A stretch of DNA of 63,803 bases, filler included, from Dicyema japonicum (GCA_011109175.1; 6 parts of 6 records of this genome joined end to end with filler, not necessarily neighbours in it), one strand, 5' to 3'. Shown: positions 38,294 through 50,276, counted from the whole stretch's first letter. The notes: generated by a model not told the origin, from the letters alone. Numbers and translations are program-made.

Positions 38294-38674
38294 TTTTGAA
38301 AATGGAGACTAACAAAGATTTAACTCAATAATTTTAATTTATTTGGGAAATAGCGTGGTCATGAGATACAACAGTTGTGGTGGCGCTCATTGCAAGTTTT
38401 AAATGGAAAAGAACCGTTCGACATTCCCCACCCTGCAACATCCTTCTCTCTTCAGTTTTGGAAATAAGAGCTCTGTAGTTCCTCTCAATTCTATATCCCA
38501 GACCATCCGTGGTTTGTCTTATATCACTGGTCATCTACTGTGTCCTGTCCAAAAAACTAGTGGAATCTGTTTTGACGAGACTTGACCCTCGCTGAAAACG
38601 TGATCTTTCAGATTCGAGCTCACGACCTTGTCATCAGACGTTATGTTTAGCCAAGAAAGCAAAAAAATAAAAAA

Positions 38675-38755
38675 CGCCGTGAGCAGGATTCGAACCTGCG
38701 CGGGTTACCCCAACAGATTTCAAGTCTGCCGCCTTAACCGCTCGGCCATCACGGC
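38675..38755 (-). tRNA. tRNA-Ser(UGA)
   Basis: GCCGTGATGGCCGAGCGGTTAAGGCGGCAGACTTGAAATCTGTTGGGGTAACCCGCGCAGGTTCGAATCCTGCTCACGGCG: full cloverleaf, long variable arm, poly-T terminator. Confidence 0.95.
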
Positions 38756-40102
38756 TCTTTTAAATTAATGGCTGACATACTTAACTAACTCATACTACTT
38801 ACGGGTTACCCCAACAGATTTCAAGTCTGCCGCCTTAACCGCTCGGCCATCACGGCTCTTTTAAATTAATGGCTGACATACTTAACTAACTCATACTACT
38901 TAAATAATTTATAGTTCGACCCCGTTTTAAAAAAATAAAAACTCATGGGCAAAAATCGATTTTCTACAGGTTAGGCATTTTACTAGTAATATTACTTTTT
39001 TTAGTAATGAACCCCCAAATGTGGCAGGTTCGATTCTGGTTCCTGAAACTGTCTCATGGCTAATGTAGATAGACGTGATGCTTGAAAAGAATGATGGTAT
39101 GAGAATTTTTACATTTTTTCATGAGAGTGGAGCATGACTTCCAGAACAAGATGGGGACTATTGGAATAACCATTCTACTTTACCTCGGCATGAATTTGTT
39201 ACTAATATCGTTTTTTCTGTTTTCGAATAAAATATTATTTTTTATTTAATCTTGAGAAAAATACGCAGAAGATGGAACGTAAAAATATTTATTTATTTAG
39301 AACCAAGAATTACCGACAAAACAAAGGAGAGTAAGAGCCGTCAGGTGATTCTGGCCTCCTTGAGCAGCTGCTTCATCTTTTTCGGTGTTCCTCCCGAGTG
39401 TCGACACATTTCCGGTATGGACGAATGACTTTTTGGAGATTTAGAGGTTTTGGCAGAGCTTTCGTATTTTTCACGAGTTCCCCGAACAAGGTTGGTTTTA
39501 ATATCGAGGAGGAAGATCTTTTTAGTATCTTTGTTACTGTCGGAGGGGTTTACTTTTTTAGGTTGGTGTGGGATATGTTAGTACTTCATGCCNNNNNNNN
39601 NNNNNNNNNNNNNNNNNNNNNNNNNNNNNNNNNNNNNNNNNNNNNNNNNNNNNNNNNNNNNNNNNNNNNNNNNNNNNNNNNNNNNNNNNNNNNNNNNNNN
39701 NNNNNNNNNNNNNNNNNNNNNNNNNNNNNNNNNNNNNNNNNNNNNNNNNNNNNNNNNNNNNNNNNNNNNNNNNNNNNNNNNNNNNNNNNNNNNNNNNNNN
39801 NNNNNNNNNNNNNNNNNNNNNNNNNNNNNNNNNNNNNNNNNNNNNNNNNNNNNNNNNNNNNNNNNNNNNNNNNNNNNNNNNNNNNNNNNNNNNNNNNNNN
39901 NNNNNNNNNNNNNNNNNNNNNNNNNNNNNNNNNNNNNNNNNNNNNNNNNNNNNNNNNNNNNNNNNNNNNNNNNNNNNNNNNNNNNNNNNNNNNNNNNNNN
40001 NNNNNNNNNNNNNNNNNNNNNNNNNNNNNNNNNNNNNNNNNNNNNNNNNNNNNNNNNNNNNNNNNNNNNNNNNNNNNNNNNNNNNNNNNNNNNNNNNNNN
40101 NA

Positions 40103-41453
40103 TAAAAATGCAGTGTGTGTTATTTGCAATGACAAAATTTCAGTTATGAAAGAATACAATTTACGACGTCATTACAATACAAAACATGGACAAATATATT
40201 CCAAATTAACAGGTGATGGCCGTATCGAAAAATTTGAATCACTGCATCGAATTTTGTTATCTCAGCATATAATGTTGAAAAGAAAAACTAATGAGAATGA
40301 ATCTATCACTATGGTTAGCTATAAAATAGCTTATCTGTTGGCTAAAAATGGAAAGCCATTTACTGATGGAGTTTTAATCAAAGAATGTATAAGGCAAACA
40401 GTAGAAGAGCTATGCCCAGAAAAAGAAAATACATTTAAAAATATAAGTCTTGGAGCAAATACGATTGCACGACGAATCGAGGATATTGGTTGCAATTTAT
40501 TCGGACAAATAGCATCCAAGGCACTAAATTTTGGGTATTATTCACTTGCTCTCGACGAATCTATTGATATTTGTGGAACATCACATTTGTTAATATTTAT
40601 CCGCGGTGTTGACAATGAATTTAATATCACACAAGAATTAGCGTCCATCCACAGTATGCACGACAGAACTACTGGAGAAAATTTATTTAAAGAATTACAA
40701 AAGACTATGTCAGAATATAATCTGGAGTGGAATAAACTACATTGTGTAACTATTGATGGAGGAAAGAATATGTCAGGAATAAAGCATGGTTTGGTAGGAC
40801 ATATCATAAAAACTTGCAATTCTGCTGGAGATTCTTTGCCCATGTTTCTTCATTGCATTATTCATCAACAGGCACTAATTTAGTAAATAATCAATAGGCA
40901 CTATGTGGGAAGTATGTGGACATGTCTTGCGTTTTAAAGCCCCTAATTTCTATAGTCAATTTTATTAGATCTCATGGACTTAACCATCGAGAATTTCGTG
41001 AATTTCTTAAAGAAAGTGACTGCGAATTTACAGACATGCCTTATTATACGGAAATACGATGGCTAAGTTGCGGGAAAATTCTCTTACGATTTTTTCAATT
41101 AAGAAAAGAAATATATTTGTTTCTCAAAGAGAAAAACCGAAAAGAAGCACTTTTGTTAGACACAGAATGGCTTTGTATATTGGCTTTCTGCGTTGATATG
41201 ACAGGCCATATGAATGAATTAAATCTCAAATTGCAAGGTTAATTTATTATATTTTATTTTTGAAGGTGAATATGCTCTTATTTGTGATTTATTCACACAT
41301 GTCAAGGCATTCAGGTCAAAACTAATGCTTTTTGAAAAACAATTAGAAAGTAAAAATCATGTCCATTTCCCATTTTGCGAAAAATTCTGTAAAGAAAACG
41401 TGTGTGAATTTCCCGTTGAATTCGCTACCCAAATAATTAGGGATTTGAAAAAA
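40103..41453 (+). mobile_element. hAT transposase (SPIN/Charlie, GTF2IRD2-like) with two micro-introns, flanked by gaps
   Basis: CVICN...NLRRHY, SLALDESID, VTIDGGKNM, HCIIHQQ|ALCGK, TEIRWLS, LNLKLQG|E; introns 40872-40897 (GC-AG) and 41238-41265. Confidence 0.9.
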
Positions 41454-41554
41454 NNNNNNNNNNNNNNNNNNNNNNNNNNNNNNNNNNNNNNNNNNNNTTA
41501 ATTAATTAANNNNNNNNNNNNNNNNNNNNNNNNNNNNNNNNNNNNNNNNNNNNT

Positions 41555-43990
41555 TTTTTTCCAGATCCCTGAGAAATTGAAAAAGCATATGTTCGCTCTT
41601 ATGGGTTATAGGAACCAATCCTCTTCCTAGTCTGTTCCTTGGCATATAATAATAAAGCCTTTTCACGAGAGCCATAGTATTTATAGCTCCGCATAGGCAG
41701 GACACACACTTTATTTAAGTAAAGAACAGTTAATTTTAACTAATCGTAGAACCAAGGAATGATCTTTACTTCTTTTTTTTCTTTTTCTTGTGTGAGTGTC
41801 CTTTCTAGACAATCCAGTACCGCAGTGAGTATCCACTGATAACGGCGTCACTCGTCAAACCCTTTCTGCATCGTAGATGCGTGGAACCTTCCACCAGGTG
41901 AACAGCAGCGAGATTCGAACCTGTAACCTAAGTCACTTAAGCCCGACACCTAACCACTATACCACCCAGCCTGTTCCTTGGCATATAAAGTCTTTATTGA
42001 AGGTTTCAGATGAATTCGATGACTTGTAAGTATCCCGCGTATTTTTATTAATATTCTCGAATTCGTTTGGATCGATATCGACAAGTCCGATGTAGTAATT
42101 ATATAGTGACAGTGCATGTTCGTTGATGGCCTTGAACATGTTAGCAGAGTTAAGTTTCGTATCTGCTAAATTATTTATTCTCTTGTTCATCGTATCAAAA
42201 ATTGCCTTCAATACATCATTCTTCAAAACACTGCTTGACTTATCTTCAAGCACTCCCAGATAGCGGTAGCCATCAAGTAACCTTGCCTCCTCAAATAAGC
42301 TTCGTACATTTGTTGCTGACTTATCAAAATTCTTTTCAAGTCCAGCAGCTTCAAAGAAAGCATTGACTTGATTCATCATTCTTACCAATGTATCCTCTTT
42401 ATGGAAAAATAGTTTTAAATCATCCATAGACAATGGATGATTTGTTGCGTATGAGAGTGACATCCGATATGGGTTGTTAATTATCACTCTCGGAAATTTT
42501 TAACTTAATGATTGCTTAACACATCCATCACAAGGACAAAGATTTGAGGAAACAGTGAATCGCCCTGTAGGATCCCCCTTTTCAGTTCACTACTCCAATC
42601 ATTTTCTGACTAAATGTCAATTTAATCTTCCATTTAGTTACCAAGTTTTTAATAAAATTAACGATCCAAACAGGCAATCCAGATGTCTCAAGTACTTTAT
42701 TCAGGAAATCATGATCCACGGAATCAAAAGCCTTTTTAACGTCTATCCAGGCAGTAACCAAATTATTCCCGTTCTCCTGATTGATACACTGATTTATTAG
42801 TGTTTTCTCTTTGGCCCCTTAATAGAATTGGTTGTTACTAATCAGTCTATATGCTTCAATGTAGTCTGATAGTTTCCTATTCACACATTTCGTTGTCAAC
42901 TCGTACATATTTGGAATACAGGTAATAGGTCTCAAGTCTTTTGGAGACTCACAATTAACTTTTTTCGGGATCAAATATATTATTCCCATGTAAAACCACT
43001 CTTGAGGTGAGTATTCACCATGGATTATCCTGACGATTTCTTCACAAAGTGAGTCATGTATTGATGTAAATTTCTTAATAAAGAAATTGTACACTCCATC
43101 GCATCCAGCTGCCCTCCAGATTGGAGAAATTTTGATCATATCGAGGACGAATTCTTTAATGAAATTAGCATGCATTTCATCAAAGCATGTAGAGTTCTTA
43201 TTTAATTAAAAGACTTTTTCCTCATTGTCTTGTATATTCCAGATGTTCTCCCAGAATGCGAGGCACTCATTTTCATTAAAGCCAAACTTGGCTTTTTCAT
43301 GTTCTCCATTTAGATTCCTGTAAAAGTATCTCCTATTAAGTTCAAAGCACCAGTTCTGTCTTTTAAATTCGTTTCTTGACTGATGAATTTTTAGTTTCTT
43401 TTCTAAGAATTTGATTGCATCTTAGAAACAAAATGAAATTCTTCCAATTTCTCCCTTCTTTGATTTTCAAAATCCACATCCACACAGCATTTCTTCGTCA
43501 TAACTTTGGTTTGATTTCTGATTTGTACCATTCTCTTCTTCAATTCAATCAGTTTCAACTAAATATGGTGACTCCAATTATTCTTTTTTCTTGTAGATGT
43601 TGAGAGAGTTTCATAAGAACATTGTCCAGCATAAACGATATCAGTTATATCGTTTAAATTTACAGGAGGATTAGATTTCATATATTCATAGATCGCTGAA
43701 TTAATTCCTCCTAAAAGATCCTTTTTAATGAGCTGGTGAGTGATTATCTTGGTTTCCGTAAATCACGAGGAATCAATTTGATTTTCCCAATTTGTAGAGA
43801 AAATTCGCTATAGCATCTTGTAAAGTTGGAAATTTCGGTTGAAGGGTTCTGGGAAATTTTATACGATAAAATATCTGCTTTTCTTTCTTTAAGTTTCAAT
43901 AGCATTTGTAAATTTGAAACTGATTTATTGCATGAAAATTTATTATTAAAGGCCTTGATTATAATTTGCCATCCACCACGGGGAATTCTA
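41555..43990 (-). mobile_element. Second RLE-type (R4/Dong-like) retrotransposon, degenerate, interrupted by a SINE
   Basis: WRAAGCDG, LRPITCIPNMYEL, WIDVKKAFDSVDH, MDDLKLF, YRYLGVLE, LYMPRNRLGRGL. Confidence 0.85.
41650..41970 (-). mobile_element. Full-length tRNA-derived SINE with 18-bp TSD
   Basis: A box GGTATAGTGG, B box GGTTCGAATC; TSD CTGTTCCTTGGCATATAA at 41632-41649 and 41971-41988; TTA-type tail. Confidence 0.9.
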
Positions 43991-44436
43991 TCAAACCTTC
44001 TATGAGCAGCTTGTTAATCCACTCAACTTTATCAACCTGCTTTACTTGGTCAATTGCTAGTAGTTTTGAAAAAAAGATCAGGTTGTGCATCCGAAGGAGA
44101 TTCATTAATAATTTCCTGGGTTTCATACATCCCGAGGACCACTTTCTCTACGTTCTTATTGGATTTTCCATCATTAATTTTCGTAAATAGGTCCTTGGAA
44201 CTTGCTTCACAAACATTTGCTGAAATAAACATGCACAACACCACAAGAAAAGTTAATATAAACCTGTCATTAATATTAATTTATATTAAATTTATAAAAA
44301 ATTAAATATATTTTCAAATGCTTTTCCAATGTGTGCTTCTGAAACAAACATGCTCTACACCACAAGAAAAGTTAATATAAACCTGTCATTAATATTAATT
44401 TATATTAAATTTATAAAAAATTAAATATATTTTCAA

Positions 44437-45769
44437 ATGCTTTTCCAATGTGTGCTTCGGTCCATTAAATTTCAGCGACTTCTCATCCAAAATTGGAATA
44501 GAATTGCAGCCAAAAAGTCAGCGGAGAAAAAGAAAGCTCATAGCGCCCTTATTTCATTGGATGTGCTCAATGGTAGAGCATTCGGGGAACTTTGGCCTGG
44601 AATTCGATTAGCCCTGGCCTCTCCTCATAAGTTGGCTCTCCTCACAGAGCGTGGCCGTCACTCCCATCCCCTCATACAAAACCACATTCAAAATGGATGC
44701 TATGATATAATTTCCTTCTGCTTTACTGGTAGTGATGTTGTCGAATCCAACACTGTTGAACTTAAGCACGTGGATTTCAATGTCAAGAATAACGAACCAG
44801 AGCTCCCTGTTAATCATTTTGATAACGATCTATTCCGCTTTGTCCCTGCGGATGATTATCAGACAAATTACGGGACCTTGGAGGGTTCTGTTAACCGAAA
44901 AGACTTTTCCAAACCAGAAATTGTCAAATCCACCATATCCAAGGTAAATCTCCACCGATTGTCTGCCTTTGCATACGAGAGAGGATCTTCCCGGAATCCT
45001 GAGCCCTACCATGACGGTCTGTCTTTTAATTACTTCTCAGATTCCATCGCCCGTTTGATTGATCCTTCTTTCCTTCTCCCTGTTTATGCCTCCGAGGTAT
45101 CATCTGATCCTGTTCTCTTTATTGGCTATGGAGACTCCGATCTGCTGACCATCCTTCGAAGGATTATGTCTCCGAGTTAGTTATTCTTCAGCTATTTAGG
45201 TAATCTCGTCCACCAGTCTTTCACAACGACTTCGTCCTCATCGATTCAGATTTTCTCGGAATGCCAGAACATTAGTGATCAGCTCCTCTCCAACAAAAGT
45301 CCCTACATGAACGTTTCAGCATCTATTTAGTATTAGGTCTTTGTGGACTCCCTGGAATTTAATGACCGATTGATTCTTCCATCGCACGTGCAGATACTTC
45401 ACCCAAAACGCAGCATTGAGAGGGTTCGGCAGATTGAACGGCAGATAAATCTTTTGATGTAAATTGTCTTTAGTAGGCAGATATGGTCTCACTAATGTGG
45501 CCGTCGGGGGATGCTTGATTTACTGTGTGAGGAGTCTCGTAAGAGTTTACACAGATGCTATGATTGACAACCTGTTTTGTTTCCTGTCGATGAATGGAAT
45601 GGGAGATCGTTTTGATTTTGTTGTGGAAGATGTGGATGTTCTCCAACCGACTTTTCAGCAGGTCTTCAGAATTGCTACTTCTCACGGAGGACTGGGTCAG
45701 TTTGTCATTCCATTTCTTCTTGAGAACTACGGACCTCTGTATTTTTGCAAAATTGTGCGTGTGAAATAA
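44437..45769 (+). CDS. NSUN4: NSUN4-like mitochondrial rRNA m5C methyltransferase homolog with degenerate active site (420 aa)
   Basis: Exons 44437-45175, 45200-45312, 45337-45458, 45481-45769 join to 421 codons with no internal stop. FGELWPGIRLAL, LIDPSFLLPV and GQFVIPFLLENYGPLYFCKI match NSUN4. Confidence 0.85.
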
Positions 45770-46148
45770 TCATCTTTTTATACTTATAAATTGACTATCT
45801 TCAATAGTTTGGGTTTATTAAGGGGGAGGTTGCCTTGTCGACCCTGAAATTTTATATGCCCAAGGACCAATTACCTGAGAGGTCGGAAGGTTGAAGTGGT
45901 AGCGTACCTTTATTGCATGAAATATTTTCTTAGCTACATGATAGATGGAAGTACTTGAGTTACCCCCCTTGATACACCACCGAGCACGATTCAGTGGCTT
46001 AGTCTGCTGGAACTGCATATTCAATTTTCATGATGCGACTAAAAGCAGCACTGTCCTCATACCGATCGCGTTGGTTAACCTCAAAAAGCAAGTAACGCAT
46101 ATATAAAGCCCACGTGTAACAAAATACAAAAATTATTAAAAGTTAAAG

Positions 46149-46602
46149 TCATAATCGTTTGGGGGTGTGGAGATTGAACTTCTGTTTGACCCTATTGAGT
46201 TCCTCCCGTCGTTTATCACTATCAACGTCTTTCAGAACCTAAAAATAGCTAAGAGGGACCAGCCTTGTTTGTTTGGTAGTAAAGGACCACCAAGTATCTG
46301 TTGCACACGTTGAACCCTTGAAGGTGGTCACATGCGTTCTTGGCGTCAAAAATATCCTCGTATATGACAAAAGCAGACCCACGTGTTTCATTTGTGCTCC
46401 CACTAAGAGTTAGGAAGCGATGCTTACACTCGAATTTGACGAATCGCCCCATATTTACCAAATATGTCGTATATCTCCTCTGAAGTGCACTTGTAGGGAA
46501 GGTTCCTCACATATAGAATCCTATTTACTTCTGGTGGTAGTCTTACCTTAAAACAATAAGTTTATTAAAATTTACATTCTTTCCTTGAAATTTATTGACC
46601 AT
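46149..46602 (-). CDS. SF3B6: Splicing factor 3B subunit 6 (p14)
   Basis: [19 protein letters not shown]...[11 protein letters not shown]|[42 protein letters not shown]; introns of 29, 25 and 25 nt, the last GC-AG (46239-46263). Confidence 0.95.
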
Positions 46603-46704
46603 GACAGACAACAGCAAATATATTTTCAAGAATTTATTATTATTATTTAAATTTATTTAATTAATAATTAATATATTTAAATTTTAATCATTCATATTGT
46701 AGCA

Positions 46705-46784
46705 GCTTTTGGCTTTTTTGCTGAACGTTAACGTCTGATGACATCGGATCTGTAGGTCGTGGGTTCAAATCCGAAAAATGGAGC
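46705..46784 (+). pseudogene. tRNA-like pseudogene (Arg-like), duplicated at ~46845-46925
   Basis: B box GGTTCAAATCC after AGGTCGTG; disrupted anticodon arm TCTGA..CGGATC; poor acceptor and T stems. Confidence 0.35.
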
Positions 46785-47406
46785 TTTTAGAGAAAATCAA
46801 TTCTCGTCCCACAGAATTTAAATTTTAATCATTCATATTGTAGCAGCTTTTGGCTTTTTTGCTGAACGTTAACGTCTGATGACATCGGATCTGTAGGTCG
46901 TGGGTTCAAATCCGAAAAATGGAGCTTTTAGAGAAAATCAATTCTCGTCCCACAGATACCACCCGTGAGGCGACGAGTCCTTCTGGCACGGCACAGTTGT
47001 TAAAAGAGATCTTCCTACCTTTCTTCCTGACCAAATTCTCTGATGAAGATGCATTATGAATAGTATTCCGCTAAAGAATAAAGTGATGTCCGCGACGGTA
47101 CGAAAAAGGCGGACTTACTTCCCCACCTCTCTTCGGAAGCCTGTAATGAAGTATTGGAAGATGGATTTGGTCGTCACAAGCGGATGTTCTCCTTTTGGTT
47201 CCTTTCTTGGATTAGTTAGTTATGACTGTTTGTGCTGGGCGTACAATGGTAAGCCTGGGGTTAATAGTAATAATGTTAAAGTAACAGTTAAATAACAGTC
47301 CAACATAGTCCTTTAAGGGTGGCATAGTGGTTAGGTGTCGGGCTAAAGTGACAATAGTAATAATGTTAAAGTAACAGTTAAATAACAGTCCAACATATTC
47401 CCTTAA

Positions 47407-47720
47407 GGGTGGCATAGTGGTTAGGTGTCGGGCTAAAGTGACTTAGGTTACGGGTTTGATTCGCTGCTGTTCACCTGGTGGAAGGTTCCACACATCTACG
47501 ATGCCAAAAGGGTTTGACGAGTGACGCCGTCATCAGTGGATACTCACTGCGGAACTGGATTGTCTAGAAAGGACCCACACACAAGAAAAAAGAAAAAAAG
47601 AAGTGAAGATCATTCCTTGGTTCTACGATTAGTTAAAATTAACTGTTCTTTACTTAAATAAAGTGTGTGTCCTGCCTATGCGGAGCTATAAATATTATGG
47701 CTCTCGTGAAAAAGCTGTTA
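47407..47720 (+). mobile_element. Full-length tRNA-derived SINE
   Basis: High identity to 41650-41970; A box TGGCATAGTGG; imperfect TSD ATATTCCC(T/A)TAA on both sides. Confidence 0.9.
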
Positions 47721-47749
47721 AAAAAATATTCCCATAAACTGGCCTACTT

Positions 47750-48530
47750 TTTATGGTTAAAACTTCACATGTTTTTGCTTCATTAAATGTATTTATTATT
47801 GGTCGCATCGTGGATCGGATCACTCTGCGTTTCTTGAAGAAAATCAGTTTCTCACATAAGAAGAGTACACTTTTTTGGAGTCGAACAAACTCTACCCTTG
47901 TCACTGTCTGAGTCGTCGATACGAAGGAATGATCTCGGATTTTTTAAGTCCTGTCAAAAGCCAGAAAATCTGTATGTCCGTATTAAGTTCTGAAAATGAC
48001 TATAATATTCTGTACTGAAAACTGTATAATCACACGTTAAATGTGACAAAATTAATTTATGCAAGTCTTTTCTATTCCCCAAAAAACGATAGCCTTCGTC
48101 CGTAAGAGTTATATGACTACCGATTATTCTCGCACTACTCTTGCGTTGGGAACCGCTGGTATAAACGAAGATCAATTTAGAGTCCCATGCAGGTCATAGA
48201 AAGGATCTTTTACTCTNCACACGTTAAATGTGACAAAATTAATTTATGCAAGTCTTTTCTATTCCCCAAAAAAACGACAGCCTTCGTCCGTAAGAGTTAT
48301 ATGACTACCGATTATTCTCGCACTACTCTTGCGTTGGGAACCGCTGGTATAAACGAAGATCAATTTAGAGTCCCATGCAGGTCATAGAAAGGATCTTTTA
48401 CTTTACCCTATACTATTAGATAATTTCTCGAAATTCCCACAACTGTGGTTGAGGAAGTAGAAGACTATCAGGGTAACACCAGGGTAAACACCAAAAAGAA
48501 TATTTACCAACCAAAAAAGAAAACAAACTA
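47750..48530 (-). CDS. Possible unidentified small gene downstream of the protease
   Basis: Open segments with a hydrophobic stretch (GVYPGVTLIVFYFL) and GT..AG spacers; confounded by a duplication. Confidence 0.2.
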
Positions 48531-48536
48531 GACCAA

Positions 48537-50276
48537 TTAACTAAATATTGGGAACGTAGCAAAGTCCGTCACCCCACAGTAACCATTGAGGACTTTGATG
48601 TATCCATGGGAACCCCAATAGTTCCCCCACGAGTTTTTCAAAATCCAATATATCTCACCGTCTTTAGTGGTCCCATACCCAACCAGCAGCATTGCATGCT
48701 TATTATCATATTTTTCTGAAATGACCCCAAAGAATACTGCATTCGTCGCTGTCGTAGATCCCCGAGTGGTATAAACTGAAAGAAATGGGTCCAGAGTTAA
48801 ATCGAACAGTTAGAGGACCTTCATAGTACAAAGCCGCCATTATGGACTCCACATCTGATTCGACCACTTTATATCCCTTAATTTTGATTAAATTCGTTAT
48901 ATTTTTCTTACACTCCATATCCTTGAATATTATACATATTAAACATTCCCCATGTAGGGTCCGTAAGCTCTTTCTGTCGCAAGTCCATATAAGTGCATAA
49001 ATTTATAGGAGTGAAGCTCATTTCCACCAAAGCATCCTCTGTTTCTTTCTCCCCAAGAGCAGTCAAGTAGCTGCTGTACTGAAAATGACTCTGATTTGTG
49101 ATTTTTAATGAAGTAATGAGACTCGACAATCCCCGTGGATAGAATAGCCCAACAGGATCCACAGATTGCCTGATCCTTTACAGAGGAAACGGCACCTATC
49201 AAATCACTATGAGAATCACCATATGCCCGCCAATCCCAATTACTAGGAAGTTCTGAAGTCCCCTTTGGGGGTTTATAAAATCCTAGGAAAAGGGGGTTAT
49301 TATCCAATATGTGAATTTTGTTATTTATTAAGCACCTAATACGAGAATCTGTTGAATCGATGGCTTTTGGATTGAGGGACAGTTTATATGAGGATTTCTT
49401 CAGGTTATGAGCAGTTGCATAACTCAAATAAGAGAAAAGAGTACCGTACTAAGTTCAAGTGGTTGATTTCTCTTTCGTCGTTTTTATCAACTCCATATTT
49501 CCTGACGGATGCATGAAACTGATCTTTGTGGACTTTTTTTGACCAATCGTTTCCCATATAATCAGAAACTGGGTCGATATGACCTTCTGACTCATCCGTG
49601 ATGTCACAGTGATCTAAAATTCCGAGACTCTGATACAATTGACCAGCTTATTAGCCTGTGATTGCAAGAGGCCGTGTCCATAGGGTTTAGTGTTATAATA
49701 TTCAATTATATATTCGTCATAGAATGACCCGAATAGCTTTTCAATCCCGAAGGTGATGTACCTTAGGGGAACTCCAGTCGTATCTGTGAAGAAGTAGTAG
49801 ATATTAATCAGCCCTAAAGCTGTGAAACGACTTGTCCAGACGAGACACCTTCTATGGCCTATTAAACGACCACGATATGACCAGCAGGGATTCAAGCCTT
49901 CAATTCTCTGCATAATCCTAAGTCAAATTAGAAACCTCAAAGTCGGACAAATCAGGAAATATCGAGGTGAAATGACCACTGATAATGCACGTGGTACGTT
50001 CTTCTCCGTCAAACGAGGAAGGTACAATATTAATACTTCCTGTTAAATCAGATGACACAAAAAATGAGCTGTCTGAGCTATTACTATGATACTACCATTA
50101 TAGTATGAAATTATTGATGATTCTGCATTCCCGTCGTATTTCATTTTAAAAGGAATCCTTATCCCACTGTCCGGTTTTACGATCTCCCCTTCGACTTGGT
50201 ATAAATTCAGAATGAGAGGTTTTACGTCTTCCACATGCCAACATTTCAAGCACAACCATAATAAAATGAAAATCAT
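48537..50276 (-). CDS. Papain-family (C1A) cysteine protease with long N-terminal extension (26/29-kDa proteinase / cathepsin L-like)
   Basis: Signal peptide MIFILLWLCLKC; prodomain; mature domain LPSNWDWR, VKDQAICGSCWA, FSVQQLLDCS, GCFGG, KHAMLLVGYG, YWILKNSWG; catalytic C/H/N all present. Confidence 0.9.

Noticed and set aside
38803-38855. Second tRNA-Ser copy
   Set aside because: Partial (lacks T arm and 3' acceptor strand) and part of a duplicated block.
27991-40883. Long ORFs spanning N runs (e.g. 27991-28716, 36946-37464, 39398-40105)
   Set aside because: Their length comes from untranslatable gaps.
47512-47540. Hammerhead-like CTGATGA on the SINE antisense strand
   Set aside because: The downstream core is CAAA, not GAAA; stems I and III are not evident; one copy has CTGATAA.
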